The translations under genes and the position numbers were made by a program. Below, piece after piece: positions 9,501 through 17,321 of a stretch of DNA of 64,000 bases. Origin of the DNA: Nitrosopumilus sp. (GTDB taxonomy: Archaea > Thermoproteota > Nitrososphaeria > Nitrososphaerales > Nitrosopumilaceae); assembly GCA_965207445.1 (NCBI GenBank), contig CBDBLX010000002.1:1527849-1591848 (forward strand). Direction: 5' to 3'. Below the pieces are notes generated by a model that was not told where the DNA came from, made no database searches, and saw only the letters and a program-made list of their open reading frames with translations. Position 1 is the first letter of the stretch; every line of letters begins with the position of its first letter.

Positions 9501-12017
9501 ATTGGCTATCCAGAGATAACTGATGCATCAGGTGGTCCATATACCGTAACATATAACGCAACTGGAAATGTACAGACCACATCAGGTACTAGTAATGTGA
9601 CCGTATCACTTGGTGTTGGTAGGATTATAGTGCAGTGGAACGTCACGGATCCCTCAAATAATATGGGCACTGCGCTCCAAATGGTGGACGTCACAGACAC
9701 CACCCCGCCTACTATTACCCTGACTGGCTCTTCTTCTGTCACAATAACCATAGGAAACTCATATGTGGATGCAGGAGCCGTCTGTACAGACTTGGTGGAC
9801 GGTAATATTGTTCCAGTTCAACTAGGTACGGTAGACGCATTTACCCTAGGTCAGTACACCATACAGTACACCTGCACAGATACAGCAGGTAACGAGGCCA
9901 CACCTATAAGCCGCACCGTGACCGTCCATATGGCGTCTGACACCACCTCACCGTCTATTTCCATCAACGACGTAACAATGGAAGCAACAGGTGCCACAAC
10001 TAGTGTTGATATTGGCTATCCAGAGATAACTGATGCATCAGGTGGTCCATATACCGTAACATATAACGCAACTGGAAATGTACAGACCACATCAGGTACT
10101 AGTAATGTGACCGTATCACTTGGTGTTGGTAGGATTATAGTGCAGTGGAACGTCACGGATCCCTCAAATAATATGGGCACTGCGCTCCAAATGGTGGACG
10201 TCACAGACACCACCCCGCCTACTATTACCCTGATTGGCTCGGCTTCTGTCACCGTGACGTTGGGCAGCACATATGAGGAACAGGGAGCCGTCTGTACAGA
10301 CTTGGTGGACGGTAATATTGTTCCAGTTCAACTAGGTACGGTAGACGCATTTACCCTAGGCCAGTACACCATACAGTACACATGCACAGACGCAGCAGGT
10401 AATGAGGCCACACCTGTAGATCGTACCGTGATTGTCCATATGGCGTCTGACACCACCTCACCGTCTATTTCCATCAACGACGTAACAATGGAAGCAACAG
10501 GTGCCACAACTAGTGTTGATATTGGCTATCCAGAGATAACTGATGCATCAGGTGGTCCATATACCGTAACATATAACGCAACTGGAAATGTACAGACCAC
10601 ATCAGGTACTAGTAATGTGACCGTATCACTTGGTGTTGGTAGGATTATAGTGCAGTGGAACGTCACGGATCCCTCAAATAACATAGGTACTGCGCTCCAA
10701 ATGGTGGACGTCACAGACACCACCCCGCCTACTATCACCCTGATTGGTTCGGCTTCTGTCACCGTGACGTTGGGCAGCACATATGAGGAACAGGGAGCCG
10801 TCTGTACAGACTTGGTGGACGGTAATATTGTTCCAGTTCAACTAGGTACGGTAGACGCATTTACCCTAGGTCAGTACACCATACAGTACACATGCACAGA
10901 CGCAGCAGGTAATGAGGCCACACCTGTAGATCGTACCGTGATTGTCCATATGGCGTCCGACACCACCTCACCGTCTATTTCCATCGACGACGTAACAATG
11001 GAAGCAACAGGTGCCACAACTAGTGTTGATATTGGCTATCCAGAGATAACTGATGCATCAGGTGGTCCATATACCGTAACATATAACGCAACTGGAAATG
11101 TACAGACCACATCAGGTACTAGTAATGTGACCGTATCACTTGGTGTTGGTAGGATTATAGTGCAGTGGAACGTCACGGATCCCTCAAATAACATAGGTAC
11201 TGCGCTCCAAATGGTGGACGTCACAGACACCACCCCGCCTACTATCACCCTGATTGGTTCGGCTTCTGTCACCGTGACGTTGGGCAGCACATATGAGGAA
11301 CAGGGAGCCGTCTGTACAGACTTGGTGGACGGTAATATTGTTCCAGTTCAACTAGGTACGGTAGACGCATTTACCCTAGGCCAGTACACCATACAGTACA
11401 CATGCACAGACGCAGCAGGTAATGAGGCCACACCTGTAGATCGTACCGTGATTGTCCATATGGCGTCTGACACCACCTCACCGTCTATTTCCATCGACGA
11501 CGTAACAATGGAAGCAACAGGTGCCACAACTAGTGTTGATATTGGCTATCCAGAGATAACTGATGCATCAGGTGGTCCATATACCGTAACATATAACGCA
11601 ACTGGAAATGTACAGACCACATCAGGTACTAGTAATGTGACCGTATCACTTGGTGTTGGTAGGATTATAGTGCAGTGGAACGTCACGGATCCCTCAAATA
11701 ACATAGGTACTGCGCTCCAAATGGTGGACGTCACAGACACCACCCCGCCTACTATCACCCTGATTGGTTCGGCTTCTGTCACCGTGACGTTGGGCAGCAC
11801 ATATGAGGAACAGGGAGCCGTCTGTACAGACTTGGTGGACGGTAATATTGTTCCAGTTCAACTAGGTACGGTAGACGCATTTACCCTAGGTCAGTACACC
11901 ATACAGTACACATGCACAGACGCAGCAGGTAATGAGGCCACACCTATAAGCCGCACCGTGACTGTCCATATGGCGTCCGACACCACCTCACTGTCTAATT
12001 ATTCACAATGCAGATAG
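540..12017 (+). CDS. Giant surface/adhesin-like protein: 12 FG-GAP repeats (two sets of 6), Ig-like domain, 3 FN3, Ig-like domain with inserted 6-repeat NHL propeller, FN3, then 12 tandem HYR-like + DUF5011-like Ig units
   Basis: 3825-aa ORF with an N-terminal hydrophobic stretch. Motifs: FG.S....GD.DGDG.PDI.VGA; FN3 W..P...G...I..Y and Y.FRV.A.N..GTG; NHL F..P.GIA.....VYV.D..N.RVQIFD; DTTPPTITL.G...VT....Y.E.GA.C.D. Exact start codon uncertain. Confidence 0.85.
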   Translation: MVRINACVWRKITPNYNKPHHYIALLFIIVLCSSLYFTSTCFAPSDECKIMHVMDKFVWMDSVLKSTIHDIPYAYGQTPDFSDKTGFVYVTDTIEINHLNVSGGLSDSDAFGRSVTSAGDLDGDGVPDIIVGANQPNVNRNEASGDVYVVFMNSDGTVRNARIMEQLSTNTHTVNAIHRGTSVASLGDLNGDDIPDIAIGASGDINTTDDHGAIYILLMNRDGTTDRIIPITHNTPNGPTLDTGDFFGNSIALVDDLDGNNVPDIAVGAIGDDAGGDSRGAIHILLMNSDHTIRNTIEINSTTPRGPILNDKGFFGQSVASTDLNNDGTPDIIAGTYLDSNNGYSRGAVHIMFMNSDGTIQNTVRIDESTTNGPRLSNEAHFGVSVASAGDLDNDGVDDVLVGSYENRSNTGSVYIMLMNPDGSIKSTSKINSSTSGGPVLSAGDRLGVSVTPIGDLNGDGMPDIVAGAYWDDAGGTNRGAVHLMLLDPIRPVPNYKVHDTAKITTQAVQGSGYSNQFHFGTVSSIGDIDSDGTPDIAVGARGDVEGGANRGAVYILLMNNDGTVKSATAINDATPRGPTLANHDLFGTSVTSIGDIDEDGTPDIAVGADGDDSVGVDRGAVYILLMNNDGTVKNTVKINDATPRGPTLSNGDGFGTSVTSIGDIDEDGTPDIAVGADDDNGSGGSLRGAVHILFMSNDGTVKRTVEINSATPRGPTLSNSDTFGASIASIGDINGDGTPDIAVGADGDNSNRGAVHILFMNNDGTVKSTVEINSTTPRGPTLSLGDRFGASIASIGDINGDGTPDIAVGARDDSKIKAQQGAFYILLLNDDGAVKRSVKIDSNTTNIPDMSIGDRFGSSIASVGDINGDGTPDIAVGADQDDSGGSNRGAVYIIFLDKTVVIQGVTSSADDGRHTQGPIDIDVLFSEPVGVVGSPYLTLETGRIDRNAVYVSGNNTTVLTFRYTIQKQDTTLDLNYLSKSSLSLNNSKIFASQSPHDPAVLELPIPSLQIEVNPSGIYGPLALNKEIQIEAQLPPDKPTNLIANPLNKQVILNWSAPTYVSPPVIDYTVQYRVNDGVTHAWETFPDTFLNTTGIVTGLTNGVQYQFRVNATNAVGTGPASDVVPATPRTVPEAPSNLTADPGNEQVDLSWTAPHDGGSPITGYIVEYTSNNGASWSEFADITDTYANVTGLTNGQQYHFRVNATNAVGTGPASDIVPATPVTLPGAPENLIATVNGTTIELTWDPPANDGGATITSYTVQQSTDGITWDTVPDLNSADTKATTPNVLLNTKYSFRVNATNAVGTGPASDIVMSLIDTKPSVRLSTNITGPTSLDSIPFTISVNERVTGLEASEISTSSGIVKNLVLGNYTFGGAGNGTSEFSSPLGIATNGTGYVYVADTFNHRVQIFDAAGAYLGEFGRQGSSDGEFSIPFGIAINGTGHVYVTDSGNRRVQIFDAVGTYLGEFGRQGSGNGEFVSPYGIAINGTGHVYVTDNFNHRVQIFDAVGAYLGEFGSGGSGNSEFSRPNGIAINGTGYVYVTDSGNHRVQIFDAAGAYLGEFGRHGSDNSEFRNPNGIAINDAGHVYVADTVNDRVQIFDTAGMYLDKIVSSDLTLDLDNPIAVAIRGTSLYIIDSDTSHVHVLRNFYTFEVHNPSVGTLQVHIPADVVQDDAGNNNTASNIIRISIVTVPGVPQNLVATPGDATVTLAWDQPRNDGGAAIISYIVQQSIDGVIWTLVPDSDNSDTTATAIELTNDSQYQFRVNATNIAGTGPASIISATPTDTTLPSVTINDVTMEATGVTTSVDIGYPEITDASGGPYTVTYNATGNVQTTSGASNVTVSLGVGMIIVQWNVTDPSNNIGTALQMVDVTDTTPPTITLIGSASVTVTLGGTYEEQGAVCSDIVDADKSATVGGDTVNTDSTGQYTVQYTCTDTAGNEATPVDRTVTVHDPTAPSISINDITMEATGATTSVDIGYPEITDASGGPYTVTYNATGSVQTTSGTSNVTVSLGVGRIIVQWSVTDPSDNTGTTLQMVDVTDTTPPTITLSGSASVTVTLGDTYEEDGAVCSDIVDADKSATVGGDTVNTDSTGQYTVQYTCTDTAGNEATPVDRTVTVHDPTSPSISINDVTMEATGVTTSVDIGYPEITDASGGPYTVTYNATGSVQTTSGTSNVTVSLGVGRIIVQWSVTDPSNNMGTALQMVDVTDTTPPTITLTGSASVTVTLGGTYEEDGAVCSDIVDADKSATVGGDTVNTDSTGQYTVQYTCTDTAGNEATPVDRTVTVHDPTVPSVVIDDVTMEATGATTSVDIGYPEITDASGGPYTVTYNATGNVQTTSGTSNVTVSLGVGMIIVQWSVTDPSNNMGTALQMVDVTDTTPPTITLTGSASVTVTLGDTYEEEGAVCSDIVDADKSATVGGDTVNTDSTGQYTVQYTCTDTAGNEATPVDRTVTVHDPTVPSVVIDDVTMEATGATTSVDIGYPEITDASGGPYTVTYNATGNVQTTSGTSNVTVSLGVGRIIVQWSVTDPSNNIGTALQMVDVTDTTPPTITLTGSASVTVTLGGTYEEDGAICSDIVDADKSATVGGDTVNTDSTGQYTVQYTCTDTAGNEATPVDRTVIVHMASDTTSPSISINDVTMEATGATTSVDIGYPEITDASGGPYTVTYNATGNVQTTSGTSNVTVSLGVGRIIVQWNVTDPSNNMGTALQMVDVTDTTPPTITLIGSASVTVTLGSTYEEQGAVCTDLVDGNIVPVQLGTVDAFTLGQYTIQYTCTDTAGNEATPVDRTVIVHMASDTTSPSISIDDVTMEATGATTSVDIGYPEITDASGGPYTITYNATGNVQTTSGTSNVTVSLGVGRIIVQWNVTDPSNNMGTALQMVDVTDTTPPTITLTGSSSVTITIGNSYVDAGAVCTDLVDGNIVPVQLGTVDAFTLGQYTIQYTCTDAAGNEATPISRTVTVHMASDTTSPSISINDVTMEATGATTSVDIGYPEITDASGGPYTVTYNATGNVQTTSGTSNVTVSLGVGRIIVQWNVTDPSNNMGTALQMVDVTDTTPPTITLTGSSSVTITIGNSYVDAGAVCTDLVDGNIVPVQLGTVDAFTLGQYTIQYTCTDTAGNEATPISRTVTVHMASDTTSPSISINDVTMEATGATTSVDIGYPEITDASGGPYTVTYNATGNVQTTSGTSNVTVSLGVGRIIVQWNVTDPSNNMGTALQMVDVTDTTPPTITLIGSASVTVTLGSTYEEQGAVCTDLVDGNIVPVQLGTVDAFTLGQYTIQYTCTDAAGNEATPVDRTVIVHMASDTTSPSISINDVTMEATGATTSVDIGYPEITDASGGPYTVTYNATGNVQTTSGTSNVTVSLGVGRIIVQWNVTDPSNNIGTALQMVDVTDTTPPTITLIGSASVTVTLGSTYEEQGAVCTDLVDGNIVPVQLGTVDAFTLGQYTIQYTCTDAAGNEATPVDRTVIVHMASDTTSPSISIDDVTMEATGATTSVDIGYPEITDASGGPYTVTYNATGNVQTTSGTSNVTVSLGVGRIIVQWNVTDPSNNIGTALQMVDVTDTTPPTITLIGSASVTVTLGSTYEEQGAVCTDLVDGNIVPVQLGTVDAFTLGQYTIQYTCTDAAGNEATPVDRTVIVHMASDTTSPSISIDDVTMEATGATTSVDIGYPEITDASGGPYTVTYNATGNVQTTSGTSNVTVSLGVGRIIVQWNVTDPSNNIGTALQMVDVTDTTPPTITLIGSASVTVTLGSTYEEQGAVCTDLVDGNIVPVQLGTVDAFTLGQYTIQYTCTDAAGNEATPISRTVTVHMASDTTSLSNYSQCR
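5880..11990 (+). repeat. 12 near-identical intragenic tandem repeats of 504-513 bp
   Basis: Antisense shadow ORFs recur at 5957, 6461, 6965, 7469, 7973, 8486, 8996, 9506, 10016, 10526, 11036, 11546 (periods 504 x4, 513, 510 x6). Confidence 0.95.
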
Positions 12018-12151
12018 CATCTCAGGATTTCAGTCGTAATTCAAATCATAATTTATACTCCTGCCATGGTTACGGCTGTGTAATCTATAAAAACAACATG
12101 TGGCAAACATGATACAACAAAACTGGAAATTAGATGGCAAGAATCATGATG

Positions 12152-12220
12152 GTAACTGTTAACTCTGTGCCTAGATTTTTGCACTATTTTTTGATCCTAT
12201 CTTGAGTTTGTGCCTAAAAA
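12152..12220 (+). mobile_element. Degenerate MITE family 1 remnant
   Basis: gtaactgttaactctgtgcct...gcacta...tgagtttgtgcctaaa resembles the family 1 consensus gtaaccgttcaacccccgt.cctgc...tgaatttgtgcctaaa. Confidence 0.4.
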
Positions 12221-12429
12221 TGTCTATGATTTCAAAATTATGTTAGTTGTTAACCATATGCGATAAGCGAAGCGCGGTAAAGTCAGAAATTAGATAGTAT
12301 TAGTTGTGATCGGGTATAAACTCATCAAATTTTTAGCCATATGACAACGACCCTACCGCCACATTGACATTACATGTAGGGGACTAAACAAGACTATGTA
12401 TTATGAGCGTTGTTGGGTTTTTGTTTTTT

Positions 12430-12575
12430 TTGTATAAAGTTTCGTGATCTATATAATCATTCAAAAATAACTCCGAGCCAAATGCAGCGCATGTACAATA
12501 CTCCATATGAAAACAAAATGTGACCAAATATAAGTATGTGATTTTATTATTATGTACAAAGATCTTGATTCACAC
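12430..12575 (+). mobile_element. MITE family 3, degenerate copy
   Basis: Aligns along its length with 63531-63679 (aatcatt.aaaaataactcc.agccaaat...aatgtgaccaaata.aagtat.tgattt.attatta...ttcacac). Confidence 0.7.
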
Positions 12576-13135
12576 CAAAGATCCAAATATAGAATTGTTG
12601 TGACTCTTTTCAACATGAATTATAATACATGTAAACCTCACAGGGTTGGTTTTATCCGCATGTCCATAAAAATATCCCCCCTCTTGTATAGACGCCACAA
12701 TAAAAACACGAATGCCCAACCACATTAACTTTGCTTTTGCCATTTGTTTAGAGTACTAGTAATATTTCAAATTACGTTACAGCATAATGCCTCGCACAGT
12801 ATTATCGACGCGTATGATTCCCATGAGATGTGTTTTTACACAGATGACACATATGTCACTAAGATGATATTCGTATTAGTGTGACCTTATTTAGGCGCAG
12901 TGCTGCAGAGTGGAGGTGACATGTTACTTCAAATGAGAATATCTGTCATGAAGTGTGGTTTACACACATTGTTTGGTGTAAATACCATTGATGTATTTGC
13001 GCAAAATAACGAATTTGTGTTAAAGCGGTGATGGGTTTGAAACCAAATTTTGTTTTTTAATCACAAGATCTTAATCATAAATTTCAAACACAAACAGATG
13101 CAAAAAACTAAATCACATGAGAGCAAAGAATAAAC

Positions 13136-14038
13136 ATGAAAAAAATGGTAGTTTATGGACATTGTACAGTTGATCAAATTCAATTAGGTTCAGATGCATA
13201 CAACCAAATAGGAGGTTCGGCATGCTATGCTGCTGCAATGGCACGACAGTTCGGATTTTCTGCACGCATGGTTACACGATTTGGACCAGATTTTCCAAAA
13301 CAGTACTTTGGTGATCAAGGTATAGAGTATGCAAGTAATGCATTATCAGAATCAATGACTACAAAATTTGTACTAAATATAGTAGGCTCAGAACGCACAC
13401 TACAACTAGAGCATGTTTGTGAGGACATATCGTATGAAAGTGTACCAGATGCAGATTGTACAATTGTTAGTCCATTGTATGGTGAGATTACAAAAGAGAC
13501 ATATTCACAAATTAAAAAAAATACAGTCGGGTTTTTGCTCGTAGACCCACAAGGATTTTTAAGAATTCAAAATGACAATGACACAAATGATAGTAAAGGT
13601 AACATATCATTACATAAAACAACACTAGATCTAACAGATGTACAAGCAATAAAGACAAGCGCTGAAGAGGCATATAATTTGACTGATGGTGAATCAGGTG
13701 AAAAGGCAATGATTGCATTACAAAAGCAAGGAGTCGAGAATGTGTTGTATACGGATAAAACTGAGATATCTCTTTTAAATAAAGATAAAATATACACAAT
13801 CACACTACCAAACAAAAATATACATGATACTACAGGAGTCGGCGATATATTTTGTGCAGCATTTTGCTGCACAATGATAAAGGAGAGAGATATTTTATGG
13901 GCATTGTGTTTTGCAGGGGGTGCTGCACAAGCTGCTCTAGACTCAAAGCACATAGGAGTACAAAAGATTCCACGCAAAAGTCAAGTCCAAGTAAACGCAT
14001 CATATTTTTATAATATGATAAAGTTCAAGACAGTATGA
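13136..14038 (+). CDS. PfkB/ribokinase-family carbohydrate kinase
   Basis: N-terminal GGSACYAA and C-terminal DTTGVGDIF signature. Confidence 0.85.
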   Translation: MKKMVVYGHCTVDQIQLGSDAYNQIGGSACYAAAMARQFGFSARMVTRFGPDFPKQYFGDQGIEYASNALSESMTTKFVLNIVGSERTLQLEHVCEDISYESVPDADCTIVSPLYGEITKETYSQIKKNTVGFLLVDPQGFLRIQNDNDTNDSKGNISLHKTTLDLTDVQAIKTSAEEAYNLTDGESGEKAMIALQKQGVENVLYTDKTEISLLNKDKIYTITLPNKNIHDTTGVGDIFCAAFCCTMIKERDILWALCFAGGAAQAALDSKHIGVQKIPRKSQVQVNASYFYNMIKFKTV

Positions 14039-14895
14039 TATAGTTTAGTTATTTGCACGCATTGTTTTTTGTAATTAATATTAATATACAAAAAAAGTAT
14101 CAATCTTTACAAGTCACATATCTACAAGATGTATCATACATCATTTTTGCTTTAATTTATTTGGTAAATGTAGTACGGTACTTTATTAACCATTTTTGCA
14201 AAGTAATCATATTTTATAAAATTATACAGTAGATAAATTTATTTAAATATATAAATTAAAAAACAACTTGTTATTTTTTGTCTAATTTTTAAAAAATACT
14301 GTGTATGTATTGTACATTGTTTGACTTGTCATTAAAATTTACTAATATGAATATATGACGGTATAACAACTGAGTTCACAAGAGAAATGTGTAGGTAGGT
14401 ATCAGATATGTGTAAAAGTGAAAAGGTAGAATGTGTAAGATAAAATGTGCTTGCGCACTACTATCCATACGCCACTAGCACATTGGCTATCAGGGGTTCA
14501 GTAGACTGCTATATTTCTGAGTTTTTTTGCCTCAGTCGCTGTCATTGGATTGTTGTATTTGGTTTTATCAAAAACATCTAGCACACGAGTCTAACAGTCG
14601 ACGTGTACATGATTAATGTATCTAGAACGCAAGTTCTCTGATATTACTGATCAGTGTCTAATCTATGGCTTATTCTACAAGTTCACCCTTACAAGCTATA
14701 GATGTAACCCTTCAAATCGCTGATCAATATATGATCTAGGGTTTGTTCTACTGTATATTCTAGATCTTACTAGACATGTTGATCTGTTTCAGAATATATG
14801 CTCAATTTTTCCAGCACATATCACTTGCTATCATTATTATTATTATAATAATAATAATAATTATAATTATAATTATAAACTTATTTTACACCAAA

Positions 14896-16005
14896 TCAAA
14901 TAACACCAGTACTCTTTGCTAAACTTGTAGCTTTTTTGTGAGTCATATCATGTTTGGCAAGTATTGTGTATCTTTCTGGTCTGAGTCCCTGTGCCATACA
15001 TAAAGCTTCTATGACATGTTCAGAGTCAAGTCCTATCTGAGCTGCAGTTGTAGGTGCCCCGACGTCGTTGAGTGTATTTACAATATGACGCCAGTCTTGA
15101 CCATGTAATTTACTCATCATTATTGAACCAATACCACACTTTTCACCATGCAACCCCACACCAGGTACAAGCGCATCTAGTGCATGTGAGAACAGATGTT
15201 CAGCACCAGAACATGGCCTACTGCTTCCTGCAATGCACGATGCAACACCTGCACTGATCAATCCCTCGACTATTAATCGTGCATCGATGCCTTTTTTAGC
15301 AAATTCTGATGAATTTTCAATTACCGTTGTAGCGCTCAGTATAGCAAGATCAGCGGCATATCTGCCATAATATTCACCTGTTTGTTTGTGCCCCAACTGC
15401 CAGTCTTGCACTGCAACAATATTTGCAATAAGATCACCGCATCCGCTTGCAAGCAGACGTGAAGGTGCATTTTTGATTATATTAATATCAACAAAGACGC
15501 CAAGTGGTGTTGATGCCACTATAGAGTGAGGTTTATCACTCTTAATAGATACAAATGGACTTGCCATCCCATCATGTGATGCAGCAGTTGGAACGCTGAT
15601 AAATGGTCTATTCATGTTATACGAGATCATTTTAGCAGTATCAACTGATCTGCCACCGCCAATACCAACGATCACATTAGGGGTGACATCTTGTTCAATT
15701 TTCGATTGGATCTCATGGAGTGAATCAAAGTCGTTTTTACCTGTTTCATACCATTGAGAGGAATTGCAGACATTATTGATGGATTTTTCTATTTTTTGGC
15801 GTAGTATACGTTGAACATTCAAACCAGATACTAGTGCAACTTTATTGATGTTTTTTTGAGTGTTTTGTATTTTTTGATCTTTTTTGTGCACAGTGCCATT
15901 TAGTACACGATAAAGAAACTTGCCAAATTTCTCAATGTTGCACTCACCAATCTCAATTAGACGTGGAAGCTCCATAGTGTGAGAGTTGATCATCAACATG
16001 TGCAA
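14896..16005 (-). CDS. egsA: sn-glycerol-1-phosphate dehydrogenase
   Basis: GIGGGRSVDTAK, PTAASHDG, SRPCSGAEHLFSHALD, LHGEKCG. Start may be a few codons downstream (MINSHTMELP). Confidence 0.93.
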   Translation of the reverse strand: MHMLMINSHTMELPRLIEIGECNIEKFGKFLYRVLNGTVHKKDQKIQNTQKNINKVALVSGLNVQRILRQKIEKSINNVCNSSQWYETGKNDFDSLHEIQSKIEQDVTPNVIVGIGGGRSVDTAKMISYNMNRPFISVPTAASHDGMASPFVSIKSDKPHSIVASTPLGVFVDINIIKNAPSRLLASGCGDLIANIVAVQDWQLGHKQTGEYYGRYAADLAILSATTVIENSSEFAKKGIDARLIVEGLISAGVASCIAGSSRPCSGAEHLFSHALDALVPGVGLHGEKCGIGSIMMSKLHGQDWRHIVNTLNDVGAPTTAAQIGLDSEHVIEALCMAQGLRPERYTILAKHDMTHKKATSLAKSTGVI

Positions 16006-16141
16006 GTTTAATTATGTATTTATGATGTTTCATTAATCGCAGATGAATTGACTTTTGGGCAATGCACATATGTATTTCTTAACTCAAATCTTTGGGTGAA
16101 TCAACTAATTCTTTTTATTATCATCTGTATAATTTTACACT

Positions 16142-17236
16142 ATGCATGTTGGAATATACAAACAATCATCATCAGACAAGCATCTACAAGAGATAAAAAA
16201 GATGTTAGATGATGCAGGTATGAAAACATCAATAGTGTCACGGTCATCAGTATCATCATCAGTATCATCATCATCAGTATCATCATCATCAGTATCATCA
16301 TCAGTATCATCATCATCAGTATCATCAAAATCAGTCAAAATGCTAGATTGCATGATTGTACTTGGAGGTGACAAAGGAACACGTAACTATTTTCACAATA
16401 TGAAAGAGCCATCTATTCCAGTACTAGGGGTCAGTGAGGGCGAGAGTGGAGGGTTTCTTACACAAATCGAGTATAGAGAGTTTTCTGCATGTATAGATAC
16501 ACTAAAGCATCAAAATTACACCATAGAAGAACTTCCACGACTATGCGTAAAGATTGATGGTAAAAATACGCATGTGGTGTTAAATGACGCAGCCATATTC
16601 TCATCAAAGAGTGCAATGTTAATGGAACATACACTAAAGGTGAATAATGACGAGGTCTGGCACGATAGTAGTGACGGTATAATCATATCAACACCCATAG
16701 GATCATCGGCTTATTCAATGTCAGCAGGTGGTCCTGTAGTATTTCAAGATGCAAAAGTCTTTGAGATAATGTCAGTTAATTCCCTTGATGTCACACGCAG
16801 GCCAATAATAGTATCTAATAACAGTACGATCAAAGTTGAGGACATATCATCAAAACATCACTGCGAGGTTATTTTAGATGGTGGATTGGACAGACAAAAG
16901 GTTCGAAAAGAGATCGAATGTACACAATTTATTCCACCTGCACGAATAGTACAACTGACAAAATCATCTACGGCAATTACAGCATTGACGAAAAAGGTAC
17001 ATCTAGCAGAAGATCTCTTGCGCATGCCACCAAGCTCAAAATTAATTCTAAAGACACTCGAATATGAAGGTGAGCTTGCACACAAAGATCTTACATCAAA
17101 AACATTATTGCCTAGTAGAACAGTTAGATTAGCACTAAGTACATTGATAAAAAAAGGATATGTTAAGAAAAAAGTATCTGCAAGAGATGCACGACAAAAG
17201 ATCTATATGATCTCAAGTAATATCAACGAAAAATGA
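16142..17236 (+). CDS. NAD kinase-like protein with C-terminal winged-helix domain and a poly-Ser insert
   Basis: VLGGDKG, LND, DGIIISTPIGSSAYSMSAGGP; C-terminal PPSSKLILKTLEYEG...RTVRLALSTL HTH. Confidence 0.8.
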   Translation: MHVGIYKQSSSDKHLQEIKKMLDDAGMKTSIVSRSSVSSSVSSSSVSSSSVSSSVSSSSVSSKSVKMLDCMIVLGGDKGTRNYFHNMKEPSIPVLGVSEGESGGFLTQIEYREFSACIDTLKHQNYTIEELPRLCVKIDGKNTHVVLNDAAIFSSKSAMLMEHTLKVNNDEVWHDSSDGIIISTPIGSSAYSMSAGGPVVFQDAKVFEIMSVNSLDVTRRPIIVSNNSTIKVEDISSKHHCEVILDGGLDRQKVRKEIECTQFIPPARIVQLTKSSTAITALTKKVHLAEDLLRMPPSSKLILKTLEYEGELAHKDLTSKTLLPSRTVRLALSTLIKKGYVKKKVSARDARQKIYMISSNINEK

Positions 17237-17321
17237 TCAAAGCATATTATAAAAAGTAAATAGATTTCCAACCAAGAAATAAAATGAGACAAACAGATGT
17301 ATTATTGATTTACAAGTGGTA

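Noticed and set aside
5957..11800. Twelve repeated minus-strand ORFs
   Set aside because: Antisense shadows of the coding repeats.
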